A stretch of DNA of 64,000 nucleotides from an uncultured virus (IMG/VR IMGVR_UViG_3300027659_000019). Taxonomy: Duplodnaviria; Heunggongvirae; Uroviricota; Caudoviricetes. The position numbers were made by a program, and so were the translations under genes. The stretch lies in the IMG/VR virus record IMGVR_UViG_3300027659_000019, one strand, 5' to 3'. Numbering within the stretch: position 1 is the stretch's first letter; every line of letters starts with the position of its first letter. Below, one piece after another: positions 38,453 through 48,083 of the stretch. The notes beneath the pieces are model-generated. The model had not been told where the DNA came from. It worked only from the letters and a program-made list of their open reading frames with translations, and did not search any database.

Positions 38453-38659
38453 GTGGAAAACCACAGTTCTACAAAATTAAAAGCAGCACCACTAGCGTAC
38501 CCAAACGGGGGAGGACTTAAAGCAATGGCAAGAGCACCTAAGTCCCAAAAGTTAGAAGTAGAGGCTTTGCAAAAAAAGCACGAAGTAGAACTAGCAAAAT
38601 TAACAGAGAAACATGCTCAAACAAATAAACCAAAGCCACAGAAGGCGGTTAAAAAATGA
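38453..38659 (+). CDS. Small basic protein
   Basis: GTG directly after the upstream stop; alternative start at MARAPK. Confidence 0.6.
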   Translation: MENHSSTKLKAAPLAYPNGGGLKAMARAPKSQKLEVEALQKKHEVELAKLTEKHAQTNKPKPQKAVKK

Positions 38660-38856
38660 GCATAAGCAATAGCCAATTTAAAAGCCTATTTAATACAGAC
38701 ACTCCTGCAGGAGAAGCGTTTGGACGGTTTAGAAGTTCAATGAGTGGTGCGCTTAAAATTATGGGCACAAACGCTCAGATGCAAAGCAAATCTATGGCCT
38801 CTTTACCTGGAGTGGGGAACATGACAAGCCCAACCATGGCAGGTAAAAATGGCTAA
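38656..38856 (+). CDS. Hypothetical protein (MSISNSQF N-terminus)
   Basis: ORF track; ATGA overlap. Confidence 0.6.
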   Translation: MSISNSQFKSLFNTDTPAGEAFGRFRSSMSGALKIMGTNAQMQSKSMASLPGVGNMTSPTMAGKNG

Positions 38857-39112
38857 GACAGCGGCGTGGCAACGCAAAGAGGGACAGAACAAAGAAGGTG
38901 GGCTGAACGCCAAAGGTCGCGCTTCTGCTAAAAAAGAAGGCCATAACCTTAAGCCTCCTGTAAGCAAAGAGCAGGCAAAGAAGTCTCCCAAGTCTGCAGC
39001 ACGTCGCAAGAGTTACTGTGCACGTTCTGCTGGACAGGCAAAAGATTTTCCAAAAGCAGCAAAAGATCCAAACAGTAGACTAAACAAAGCACGTAGAAAA
39101 TGGGATTGCTAA
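38849..39112 (+). CDS. Basic protein (DUF6321-like)
   Basis: AWQRKEGQN..GGLNAKGRAS...RRKSYCARS...DPNSRLNKARRKWDC. Confidence 0.75.
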   Translation: MAKTAAWQRKEGQNKEGGLNAKGRASAKKEGHNLKPPVSKEQAKKSPKSAARRKSYCARSAGQAKDFPKAAKDPNSRLNKARRKWDC

Positions 39113-39252
39113 TGGCAACTAAGAAGACAGATCCATGTTGGGATGGCTACACTCAGGTAGGCATGAAGATGAAGAATGGCAAGAAAGTTCCAAATTGTGT
39201 CCCTGCAAAAGGAGTTGCAAAATCCAAACCTAAGAAGAAAGTGAGCAAGTAG
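39112..39252 (+). CDS. Small basic protein with PCWxGY...VPNCVP motif, 46 aa
   Basis: MATKKTDPCWDGYTQVGMKMKNGKKVPNCVPAKGVAKSKPKKKVSK*, translated by hand. Confidence 0.75.
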   Translation: MATKKTDPCWDGYTQVGMKMKNGKKVPNCVPAKGVAKSKPKKKVSK

Positions 39253-39372
39253 ATGTGTGCAGCATGTGGATGTGGTAAGAAAAAGGGCGAGCCAGGTTTT
39301 GGCAAGGGCCCAAAGTCAAAGAAGGCTTGTACTTGCGGTACTTGCAAGGCCTGTAAGGGAAAGAAGAAGTAA
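39253..39372 (+). CDS. Metallothionein-like Cys/Lys peptide, 39 aa
   Basis: MCAACGCGKKKGEPGFGKGPKSKKACTCGTCKACKGKKK*. Confidence 0.7.
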   Translation: MCAACGCGKKKGEPGFGKGPKSKKACTCGTCKACKGKKK

Positions 39373-39494
39373 TGTGTGCCACCTGTGGCTGCATGAAGCC
39401 TAAAGATAAACATGGGATGAAGACCCTTGCTTCTGCTAATAAGAAGTTTGCAAAAACCAAAAGTAAACCAACTAAAAAGAAGGACAAGAAGTAA
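39372..39494 (+). CDS. Cys/Lys-rich peptide, 40 aa
   Basis: MCATCGCMKPKDKHGMKTLASANKKFAKTKSKPTKKKDKK*; TAATG coupling. Confidence 0.7.
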   Translation: MCATCGCMKPKDKHGMKTLASANKKFAKTKSKPTKKKDKK

Positions 39495-39649
39495 TGGCCA
39501 AGTCATCAAAACCTAAACCATTAACCCCTAAGCAGATAAAGATTGCTGGGGCTGCAAAACCTACAACCAAAATCACTGGCGCTGACTTTAAAGCACTTAA
39601 AAAGGGTAAAGTTCCTAAGATGGGTATGAAGCAAAAAAGGGGCATGTAG
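39494..39649 (+). CDS. Lys-rich peptide, 51 aa
   Basis: MAKSSKPKPLTPKQIKIAGAAKPTTKITGADFKALKKGKVPKMGMKQKRGM*. Confidence 0.7.
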   Translation: MAKSSKPKPLTPKQIKIAGAAKPTTKITGADFKALKKGKVPKMGMKQKRGM

Positions 39650-39668
39650 AAAAAAGAAGTAAGTAGTT

Positions 39669-39695
39669 AGGCCCCGAAAGGGGCCTTTCTTCTTT
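39669..39695 (+). terminator. Rho-independent terminator
   Basis: AGGCCCC-GAAA-GGGGCCT followed by TTCTTCTTT. Confidence 0.8.
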
Positions 39696-39764
39696 ATCAT
39701 TGCAGTATCAGGATCACATGCGTGCCCTGTGTAGTTCCCACTACTTGCGATAAAGGGGTTTATT

Positions 39765-39941
39765 ATGGCTTGGAAGCCTTGGTATGAGCGTGCCGCTGAA
39801 CTGAACGGTCGAGAAGACGTTGAAGAGTTCATGAAGGGCGTATACGTTAGCCAACCCAAAAGAAACAGTGCACTCTTTACTGGTCTTATCGCAGGCTACG
39901 TTGGTGGCAAAGTTGCTGCGAAGGCCATTAAAAAGAAGTGA
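39765..39941 (+). CDS. Small protein with hydrophobic C-terminal segment, 58 aa
   Basis: MAWKPWYERAAELNGREDVEEFMKGVY...LFTGLIAGYVGGKVAAKAIKKK*; AAAGGGG RBS; GTGA overlap. Confidence 0.65.
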   Translation: MAWKPWYERAAELNGREDVEEFMKGVYVSQPKRNSALFTGLIAGYVGGKVAAKAIKKK

Positions 39942-40258
39942 ATCAAAAAACTTTCGAATCAGCAATCCACAAAGCAAGCATTGACGCAACCCGAATGATG
40001 GGTGCCCACTTGCGTAATGAAGCACGCAAAAGTAACTGGCCCAGCGAAGTTGTACGCGGTATGGGAGTTGGCTACAAAAAGAGCCAAGGATTTTCAGCCC
40101 ACGTCCACGAGAGCCACAAAGCAAAAGCCTTGGACCTAGAGTACGGAACCCCTGGAAACTCTCCAACAGCGACCATCCGCAGGTTTGCTAACCGCACAAA
40201 TGAAGCAGAAAAATTTATTTCAAAACGTCTTTTCAAGTACGTGGAGAAATCATTATGA
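39938..40258 (+). CDS. Tail-completion-like protein (HK97 gp10-like)
   Basis: LEYGT...P.ATIRR; position. Confidence 0.6.
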   Translation: MNQKTFESAIHKASIDATRMMGAHLRNEARKSNWPSEVVRGMGVGYKKSQGFSAHVHESHKAKALDLEYGTPGNSPTATIRRFANRTNEAEKFISKRLFKYVEKSL

Positions 40259-40917
40259 CAATAAACTTTCTTCTCAGCGAAGATCAAGCGCTAAAAACCC
40301 TTCTGACAGGTATGACCGTTACTGACCAAAAGGCTGGTTCTACTCAAATAACTACTCGTCCTGTAAAGGTGTGGTTTGGCCAACCTGATCAAGAAATTAC
40401 TACTCAGATGTACCCCTACATCACAATAGATATGATTGACATTGCTGAAGACGTTATGCGAGCCATGCGTGGAAAAGCGCAACCCCACTACATGGCTCCT
40501 CCACTAGGTGTGCAAAATGCAAACCAAGACGGAACTTGGGAAGTTGATTACCCAATCCCAGTAAATATTGATTATCAAATTACTGTGTATTCACGCCAAC
40601 CACGGCATGATCGTTCAATCCTAGCGCAGTTACTAGGAACAAAGATTCCATTGCGGTTTGCCGTTTTGGATACAGATGATGGAACCTATCGTCGTCTGGA
40701 TGTTTTGGATGTTTCAAAAAGAGACATTACAGAGTCGGGAAAGCGTTTATTTGTAAACGCTATTACCGTACGTGTTTCAAGCGAAGTACAGCCATCTGTA
40801 TTTCGAGTATTTCATAAAGTGTCGCAAGTTAACCTTACAGGCACACTCGGAACCTTTACTCAAGGCAGTACAAGGTATCCGTTTGAGGCTGTTGAGTCGT
40901 TTACACTCCCAGAATAA
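40255..40917 (+). CDS. Tail terminator-like protein
   Basis: YPYITID, PVNIDYQITVYSR; directly before the sheath gene. Confidence 0.6.
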   Translation: MTINFLLSEDQALKTLLTGMTVTDQKAGSTQITTRPVKVWFGQPDQEITTQMYPYITIDMIDIAEDVMRAMRGKAQPHYMAPPLGVQNANQDGTWEVDYPIPVNIDYQITVYSRQPRHDRSILAQLLGTKIPLRFAVLDTDDGTYRRLDVLDVSKRDITESGKRLFVNAITVRVSSEVQPSVFRVFHKVSQVNLTGTLGTFTQGSTRYPFEAVESFTLPE

Positions 40918-40953
40918 TTCGGAACCCCTTACCCAACTAGTTAGGAGAAAACA

Positions 40954-42456
40954 ATGGCTTATAGCCGCCCAGGTGTTTACCTAAGTGAACGCCTACTTTC
41001 CGCCCCAGTCAATACGGGGGCAAATGCTGATGCAGCAGGTGCAGTTGTTGCGCCTTTTGCTGAAGGTCCAGAAATTGTGACTTTTGTTTCATCTTGGTAC
41101 CAATTTGTAAACACCTTTGGTGGATACAACGCTTCTTACCCAGCAACATTTCAAGTGGGAGCATTCTTCTCAAACGGTGGACGCGAACTTTATGTTAAGC
41201 GCCTCCTTGCATCAGATGCAGGAAAGGCTGATGTAAATATTTTGACTTCAGCAAGTGCAGTTGTTGCTACAGTTGTCGCAAAAAACGCAGGAGTAGACGG
41301 AAACAACCTTCGTGTTAAAATCACTGCAGGATCTATTGCAAGTCACTACACCCTTTCAGTCTACAAAGAATCAGGTGTAGCAGGTGACCGCACCGACGAT
41401 ATTCTTTTAGAACGTTATGAGAACATCGTGTTTGATGACGAGACATCAACAAGTTTTGCAGAAACAGTAGTAAACCTTGTCTCTTCAACAATTGAAATTA
41501 GTTACAGCGGATCAGGCACTCCTGTAGCCAACACCTACCCCCTCACAGGAGGAGGAGACGGTTCAACTCCAGTTGCAGCAGATTACCTTGACTACAAGGG
41601 ATCAGATGTTTCTGTGTTTGAAGACTTCTCTACAATTAACCGCCCTCTTGTGTTCTTTTTACCAGCAGTGCACTCACTTGCTTCTAACGTTCCTGGAGTT
41701 ATTGATGCTGCAACTTCTTGGGCAGAAAGCAACGAAGGATTTGTTGTAATTGATACAGCACCTAATAGAACTGTTGCTCAAGCAATCTCATTTGCTGGAA
41801 GCCTTACAGATTCAAGCCACGGCGCTGTTTATTACCCTAACCTTCTTATTGCAGATCCAATTGGACGTTCTTCAAGTGCTCTTCGTAAGATTGGTCCTTC
41901 AGGTTCAATAGCAGGTTTGTACCTTGATACTGATGCTAAGACAGGTGTGTTTAAGGCTCCTGCAGGACTTTCTATGGCAGTCCGTGGCGTCGTTTCAGTT
42001 GAAAAGGGATTTACCTCAACAGAACTTGACACAATGAACTCAAGCACATCCCCTGTAAACCCAATCCGTGCAGTGCCTGGAGCAGGTTTAGTTGTTATGG
42101 GTGCTCGTACACTGATGCAAGACGGTACAGCAAACAAGTATGTCAACATGCGTCGTTCTTTAATTTACATCCGAAAGACGCTAAAGAACATTACTGAATT
42201 CGCTATCTTTGAAAACAACGATGAGCGTCTTTGGGCACAGATCACTACTGTGGTCGCTGTGTTCCTAAACCAATACCGCAATCAAGGCGGTCTTCGTGGT
42301 GCTACCCCTGCCCAGGCTTTCTTTGTAAAGTGTGATGCAGAAAATAACACCGCTGTACAGATCCAAAATGGTGAAGTACACATTCAAGTCGGTGTTGCTC
42401 TTCAATACCCTGCAGAGTTCATCGTCATTGACCTCAGCCAAAAGTCAATTAACTAA
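40954..42456 (+). CDS. Contractile tail sheath protein
   Basis: RPGVY, FFSNGG..LYV.R, GVFKAPAG, VNPIR, MGARTL, YVNMRR, FAIFENND..LW, PAEFIVI. Confidence 0.95.
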   Translation: MAYSRPGVYLSERLLSAPVNTGANADAAGAVVAPFAEGPEIVTFVSSWYQFVNTFGGYNASYPATFQVGAFFSNGGRELYVKRLLASDAGKADVNILTSASAVVATVVAKNAGVDGNNLRVKITAGSIASHYTLSVYKESGVAGDRTDDILLERYENIVFDDETSTSFAETVVNLVSSTIEISYSGSGTPVANTYPLTGGGDGSTPVAADYLDYKGSDVSVFEDFSTINRPLVFFLPAVHSLASNVPGVIDAATSWAESNEGFVVIDTAPNRTVAQAISFAGSLTDSSHGAVYYPNLLIADPIGRSSSALRKIGPSGSIAGLYLDTDAKTGVFKAPAGLSMAVRGVVSVEKGFTSTELDTMNSSTSPVNPIRAVPGAGLVVMGARTLMQDGTANKYVNMRRSLIYIRKTLKNITEFAIFENNDERLWAQITTVVAVFLNQYRNQGGLRGATPAQAFFVKCDAENNTAVQIQNGEVHIQVGVALQYPAEFIVIDLSQKSIN

Positions 42457-42476
42457 CCCCGAAGGAGAAATTACAA

Positions 42477-43136
42477 ATGGCTTTTATCAATAACAGAGGA
42501 TCTATGGAAACAGATCCTCTACGTAACTTCCGATTCTTGGTTACGTTTAATCCGCAAGACTCTACTAACAGTACTATTGCAGCCCTCAAGTCTGTAAAGT
42601 TTGGGTTTACATCTGTATCAGGTCTTTCTATTGCTACAGACTCTATTCCTTACCGTGAAGGTGGATATAACACAACCGTACACCAGATTCCTGGTCAGTC
42701 AACGTTTACCCCAATTACACTACAACGTGGTGTAATGCTTGGTGCAAACGCTGATCGTCACTGGAAGTGGATGCGTAACATCTTCTCAACAATGAACGCT
42801 GGAGGAACTCTCCGTACTGTTGGACAAAACTTCCGTTGCGATCTTGACATCCAAGTACTGGCACACCCAACCCCTGCTGCAGGTGAAGAAGACGGTACGG
42901 CAACTACCGTTAAAGACACTGCAGGAAAAGATGTTACAAAGACAAACAACTCTACTGATACTGTTGGAATGCGTTTTAAAGTTTACAACGCATGGCCAAC
43001 TGCAATTGCTTACTCAGATCTAAATGCTGGAGATAACGCTCTTCTTGTTGAGCAGATGACTCTAATTCATGAAGGATTTGACATCTCAATTGGAACAACC
43101 ATTGGCACAGACGCCACAGCAATCCCTGCAACCTAA
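42477..43136 (+). CDS. Tail tube protein (T4 gp19-like)
   Basis: DPLRNFRF, FTSVSGL, YREGG, PITLQRG, YNAWP, HEG. Confidence 0.92.
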   Translation: MAFINNRGSMETDPLRNFRFLVTFNPQDSTNSTIAALKSVKFGFTSVSGLSIATDSIPYREGGYNTTVHQIPGQSTFTPITLQRGVMLGANADRHWKWMRNIFSTMNAGGTLRTVGQNFRCDLDIQVLAHPTPAAGEEDGTATTVKDTAGKDVTKTNNSTDTVGMRFKVYNAWPTAIAYSDLNAGDNALLVEQMTLIHEGFDISIGTTIGTDATAIPAT

Positions 43137-43148
43137 AAAAGGAATAAA

Positions 43149-43964
43149 ATGACGAATACAATTAGTTCAGCGAATAACCCCGCATTGGCAAACAACCTGA
43201 TTCAACAGGCTCTTCAAGAACAACCTAAGTCTATAGATGGTGACGTAAAAATTACTTCTCCTTCAGACACCTTGGTGATCCTCCCTGGCGGCTACATTAA
43301 TGACGCTGGGGAGGTCATCACGGAGGCAGAGGTTAGAGAATTAAACGGCTCTGATGAAGAAGCAATTTCTAAAGCAACTACAATTGGAAAAGCAATGCTT
43401 ACCGTCCTCAATCGCGGCACTGTAAGTGTTGGTCGTGAAAAGGCTACAGAAGAACTCTTAGACAGCATGTTGGCAGGAGACAGAGACGCTCTTGTCATTG
43501 GGATCATTAAAGCCACATTTGGTTCAACAACTACAATCCCCGCGTATTGCACAGGGTGTTCTGTTGTTAAAGAAGTAAGTGTTGATCTAAACACCGACAT
43601 CAAAAGCAAGGTGTTAACAGATCCAATTAATGAAACTATTTTTATGGTAGAAGGAAAGAACACAGTAATTAAAGTTCAACTTCCTACAGGAGTAGCACAA
43701 AGAGAACTCATTAACAATGCGGACAAAACACCAGCAGAACTTAGTACCGTTCTTCTTGAAAAGACTATTTTAGAGATTAACGACATGCCAGTAGTTAGCA
43801 AACTACAGGTTCAAAAATTGAGCCTTGCAGATCGCCGCTTAGTAAGCGCCGAAATTATGAAACGTGTTCCAGGGCCAAAGTTAGAAGATGTTTCGGTTAC
43901 TTGCCCCGATTGTGAGAGCGAGGTACGGGTTCCAATTAATTTTGGCAACTTGTTTCGCTTTTAA
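43149..43964 (+). CDS. Tail assembly chaperone / gp26-like protein
   Basis: VRELNGSDEE, GDRDAL, two CxxC pairs; between tube and tape measure. Confidence 0.75.
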   Translation: MTNTISSANNPALANNLIQQALQEQPKSIDGDVKITSPSDTLVILPGGYINDAGEVITEAEVRELNGSDEEAISKATTIGKAMLTVLNRGTVSVGREKATEELLDSMLAGDRDALVIGIIKATFGSTTTIPAYCTGCSVVKEVSVDLNTDIKSKVLTDPINETIFMVEGKNTVIKVQLPTGVAQRELINNADKTPAELSTVLLEKTILEINDMPVVSKLQVQKLSLADRRLVSAEIMKRVPGPKLEDVSVTCPDCESEVRVPINFGNLFRF

Positions 43965-44112
43965 CTTTAACTCGTACAACCTCCTTATAAGAGAGTGGTC
44001 AACCTTGACTCATTCGTTTAAAGGGTGGACATTATCAGAGATACAAAAGTTATCTCCAAGAGAAAGAAAAAACTGGATAGAAATAGCCAGGGTAACGTCT
44101 AGAAGGGACTAG
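43959..44112 (+). CDS. C-terminal extension of the chaperone via a probable +1 frameshift (G/GT-type)
   Basis: The +1 frame reads FNFNSYNLLIREW...GWTLSEIQKLSPRERKNW with no ATG after the upstream stop; TTT-TAA shifty stop. Confidence 0.6.
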
Positions 44113-44113
44113 C

Positions 44114-46660
44114 ATGGCTAACGAGATGGTTAATAACCTTCAAGGCCTGACCGACGGCGTTGACACCTTAACTAAAAAAGTTAATGAACTCTATGAGGCT
44201 GTTGCACGTGTAAAAGGTGTTGCAGCATCTGCTATTACCGATGTCCGTGGTTCCATCCAATCAATGGGTGGTCAGTACGGGCTCGGTAATAGTGGAAACT
44301 CCCAGATGCCATCAATGGCAGGTTTCTCGTACCCTGTTGCCCAAGGATCCAATGGACAAAACTTCTTAGAAAACTCTATGGCAGATTTTTCTGGACAGCA
44401 CCAAGGATCAGAACGACGCGTTGCACACGCTCAAGCACTGAGCACCGTCAGCCCACAAGGTGGCGGTGGTCAAAACGTGGAGTTTGCGGGAATTTCGTTG
44501 GGTATTTCTCCCCTTGAGGCTGCGTATCGCGGAGGACTTGGTGCAATAAAGACAGCCGCTGCACTGGCCGTACAATCAATGGGGCAAATGCCTGATACTG
44601 CGCTCACTATACAAAGAGACATCGGTTACTACCAAGCAGCCCTTCGTGCACCTGGTATTAGTAGAGGAGATCTGCAACGATCTACTTTAAAGGCAATGGG
44701 TCATGGAGGACTTTCAAGCGTTGGTGCAGATGGAATGGTTGCACCGCTTCTTGCAAGTGCTGGTTATATTCCAGGAAGTGCAAGTTTTAAACAAGCAGCC
44801 TCTGAAGTTGGTGGAGCGTTTAGGTATTTAGGAATGGAAAACGCTCCAGCAGCACAAGCAATTGCTGGACTTCACTCTGGACAAAGCGGGGCTAACCTCT
44901 ATCAATATGGCATTGACACTTACGACGCTGCTTCAGGAGAACAAAAGTCAACAGGACAAATTGCTAAAGAACTTTTTAACCAAATGTTTCAAAAGGGCGC
45001 TACTGAAAAAGATGTACAAAACGCACTCCTTATGGGTAACGCAGGTGCCAACTTAAAAACTATGGGATTTACTGATGCGCAACAAGCAATCTTTTCACAG
45101 ATGTTTATTGATATTGCAGGTGGAAGAGATCCAGATCTTGCTAAAGCAGAGTCAGTAGGAGATAACAAAAATACATCACTTGACGCAGTTGGAATAATGA
45201 ATGAGTCTGAAACTGAACTAATGCAAGCAGCAACTGGGTCGATGGTTGCGGGGTTCCACGACGCCGCCGTACAAATTAATATTTTAAACGAAGCACTTGA
45301 ACTGACTGCTCCAGCATTAGGGCGATTGAAGGGTTATGCAGACGGTTACTACGGGTCAAACATTGGTAGGGGAATTATGGATGCAGCGCCTATCTTTGCC
45401 GCCGCTGCTGCAGACTTTATGACGGCTGCATCACTTCTGGTGCCTGGTGGAGGTTCTTCAGGTTACGGTGCTCGCGGTCTTGGTGGAGCATCCTCTGGTT
45501 ACGGTGCTGCAATTGGCGGAGGCGCACCTGTTAATGGCGCAATAAGTGCAGGCTTTGGAGAAAAAAATAACAGCGGAATTTGGTCCTCTACTAACGGCAC
45601 TCACACAGGTGTTGATTATGCAGTACCAGTTGGAACTCCAGTAAAGAGTTATATGGACGGTGTTGTTTCCAGTATCAGCCCTGGCGCAGACTACGGAACA
45701 GCCGTAGTTATTGATCACGCAAATGGTTACCAAACATTGTACGGACACTTAAGTTCCCGCGATGTACAACTTGGCGCAAGCGTTTCTGCTGGACAAATAA
45801 TTGGTAAATCTGGAAAATCTGGTAACACTACAGGCCCTCACCTTCACTACGAAGTGCGTAGAGGAAAGAACAACCCTGTTAACCCTAGCGAGTTAAGCGG
45901 CGCTGCTCGTTCAAACTCTCCAGCAAAATTGTCTACCACAATGGCAAGTCTAGGAACTCAAGGACTTCTTTCTTTGAACCAAGCATTTGCTTGGTATGAT
46001 TCTAACGATAGTCAAAGTTCTACATCTCCAACTGGATCCCCTACAGGAAAGCCTCACGAAGTTGCAAAAGAAATGCGGGATTGGCTTGTTACACAAGGTT
46101 TAAGTCCTAATGGTGCTTTTGGCGTTGTAGCAAACCTTATGGCCGAGTCTAATATGCGTACTAATGCACTTGGTGACAAAGGCACTTCCTATGGAATTGC
46201 TCAATGGCACAAAGGTCGTTGGGATAACTTAAAAAAGTTTTCTGCAGAACAAGGGTTAGATCCATCAACCTTAGAAGCACAAAAAATGTTCTTAATGAAA
46301 GAGTTAAACCACAAAGGTTACAAAGATTTAATGGGGATTTTAACAAACCCAGAGGCAAGCAGGTACGACGCAACAGCGGCGTTTATGAGAATCTTTGAGC
46401 GACCAAAAGATCAATCTGATGAGGCCGCTACTAAAAGATTTAATCGAGGTTTAGGTGCGCTAGAAATACCTGGCGGTGGAGGTTCATCTGGGTTTGGCGC
46501 TTCAATTGCAGCCGCAGCGGTAGGGCCACAAGGCAATACAACTATTAATATTACCCTTAAAATTGACAAGGCTTCAGATGAAGAAGCGGCTCGTTTTGCT
46601 AAAAAAGTAAAAGAGTACCTGCACAACGATTCGACAATTTCAGCGATGGGAAGTAGATAA
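44114..46660 (+). CDS. Tape-measure-like protein with M23 peptidase and phage tail lysozyme domains
   Basis: HTGVD, YGHL, TGPHLHYEV (M23); GVVANLMAES, SYGIAQW..GRW, FERP (Phage_lysozyme2-like). Confidence 0.85.
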   Translation: MANEMVNNLQGLTDGVDTLTKKVNELYEAVARVKGVAASAITDVRGSIQSMGGQYGLGNSGNSQMPSMAGFSYPVAQGSNGQNFLENSMADFSGQHQGSERRVAHAQALSTVSPQGGGGQNVEFAGISLGISPLEAAYRGGLGAIKTAAALAVQSMGQMPDTALTIQRDIGYYQAALRAPGISRGDLQRSTLKAMGHGGLSSVGADGMVAPLLASAGYIPGSASFKQAASEVGGAFRYLGMENAPAAQAIAGLHSGQSGANLYQYGIDTYDAASGEQKSTGQIAKELFNQMFQKGATEKDVQNALLMGNAGANLKTMGFTDAQQAIFSQMFIDIAGGRDPDLAKAESVGDNKNTSLDAVGIMNESETELMQAATGSMVAGFHDAAVQINILNEALELTAPALGRLKGYADGYYGSNIGRGIMDAAPIFAAAAADFMTAASLLVPGGGSSGYGARGLGGASSGYGAAIGGGAPVNGAISAGFGEKNNSGIWSSTNGTHTGVDYAVPVGTPVKSYMDGVVSSISPGADYGTAVVIDHANGYQTLYGHLSSRDVQLGASVSAGQIIGKSGKSGNTTGPHLHYEVRRGKNNPVNPSELSGAARSNSPAKLSTTMASLGTQGLLSLNQAFAWYDSNDSQSSTSPTGSPTGKPHEVAKEMRDWLVTQGLSPNGAFGVVANLMAESNMRTNALGDKGTSYGIAQWHKGRWDNLKKFSAEQGLDPSTLEAQKMFLMKELNHKGYKDLMGILTNPEASRYDATAAFMRIFERPKDQSDEAATKRFNRGLGALEIPGGGGSSGFGASIAAAAVGPQGNTTINITLKIDKASDEEAARFAKKVKEYLHNDSTISAMGSR

Positions 46661-48075
46661 TGGCAACACAGGCTGATGCCTACGATGACGCAGTAACAGC
46701 GGACAAAAATGACACTAAGGCTCAAACACAACACGACCGCGAGGTTGAAAGAAAAAAGACTAATGAAAGAATTAAAAAACTTGACACTGAAATTTTTGTA
46801 TATCAGAAAAAAGTTGAATCTCTCACTGGTCTAATTACTGCTGAAACAAACACGTTAACAGCACTTAAATTTATGGTAACTTCGTACAACTCCGATCATC
46901 CAATTCCACGGTCATATGAAGAGGGTGTTGAGTTTGACAGGCGAGTACGCGCTGTTAATGCCCAACAAAAAATTTTAGATTCTGCTATTGCAAGCCTTAA
47001 AAAGACACAAGAATTAAAGAAAGCCGCTGAAATCAAAAGAAGTCAAGAAAAGGCAAAACTTCGATTGCCATCAGGACACGGCTCTTCTTGGAGCGGTCCG
47101 CCAGTAGTTACAAAACCTGACGACAAAAATGACACCACACCTTATGTACCTCCTAAAGGTACGGAAGACGGCACAGAAGAAGTGGCCCCACCAGTACAGA
47201 TGACAGTAGGCAAATATAAGTACAACGCCCCTATGGTAAAAGAAGCATACTTTTCTTTTAGTGGTATTCAGGATAAGTTACAATCTGGAACAACTATGGA
47301 TCGTTTTAAATTTACAGATGCAAACAATGCTTGGAAAGGTGTGGTTGGAGGCATTGGAACTATTCAAATGAATTACGAATTTGCCCAGATGATGGCTCCA
47401 ACTAAAATTGCAGAATCCGACAGAGCAGCGGCTGCGAAAAAAGCAAAAGATAAAACGTATAGGAAATTTGACAATAACTTATATGGATTTAGATTTTTGT
47501 ACAACCCAACCTCTGTAGGTTTAGCCTGGGGCCAAGTGAGCCAAACCGTTCCTTCTTTTGAGGCAAGTGGAGCCGATAAGTCTTTTCCAATGTCTGTCGG
47601 TCTTATGGCTAGTACCGTTTCGTTTAGTCTTATGTTAAATCGTATTGAAGATTTTAACAATATAGATGAAAATGGAAAATACACAAGTCCAGGTGATAAA
47701 AAATTAACAGACACACTAAATAACCCAAATCCAATGAATACAGTTTTAGGCGCATATCCAACGCCCGTAAGTGAAGAAGACCGAAAAATGATTTACGAAC
47801 GTGGAACTATGTACGACCTTGAATATCTGTTTCGCACAATTATGGGTCCAAACGGTGATTTTAGGTCTAATATAAACGGAATGACAGCGGATAGAGGTTG
47901 GATCCGTCCAACCGTTGTAGAACTACACCTTGGTGCAGGTATGCGATACAAAGTTCAAATTCAAGAACTTTCAATAAACCACGCTGTCTTTAACTCTCGA
48001 ATGGTACCGATACTGTCAACAGTAAATATGACTGTTCGACGATTTAACGACTTTCCTAAACCAAAAGACACGTAG
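46660..48075 (+). CDS. Tail/baseplate protein (tube-initiator-like C-terminus)
   Basis: Coiled N-terminus; GFRFLYNP...FNSRMVP. Confidence 0.6.
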   Translation: MATQADAYDDAVTADKNDTKAQTQHDREVERKKTNERIKKLDTEIFVYQKKVESLTGLITAETNTLTALKFMVTSYNSDHPIPRSYEEGVEFDRRVRAVNAQQKILDSAIASLKKTQELKKAAEIKRSQEKAKLRLPSGHGSSWSGPPVVTKPDDKNDTTPYVPPKGTEDGTEEVAPPVQMTVGKYKYNAPMVKEAYFSFSGIQDKLQSGTTMDRFKFTDANNAWKGVVGGIGTIQMNYEFAQMMAPTKIAESDRAAAAKKAKDKTYRKFDNNLYGFRFLYNPTSVGLAWGQVSQTVPSFEASGADKSFPMSVGLMASTVSFSLMLNRIEDFNNIDENGKYTSPGDKKLTDTLNNPNPMNTVLGAYPTPVSEEDRKMIYERGTMYDLEYLFRTIMGPNGDFRSNINGMTADRGWIRPTVVELHLGAGMRYKVQIQELSINHAVFNSRMVPILSTVNMTVRRFNDFPKPKDT

Positions 48076-48083
48076 AGGATGTT

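Noticed and set aside
39700..39764. Possible riboswitch in the leader after the terminator
   Set aside because: Only a small GTAG/CTAC hairpin is visible; no recognisable aptamer consensus
39153..40166. Minus-strand ORFs from the track
   Set aside because: The region is better explained by coupled small + strand ORFs
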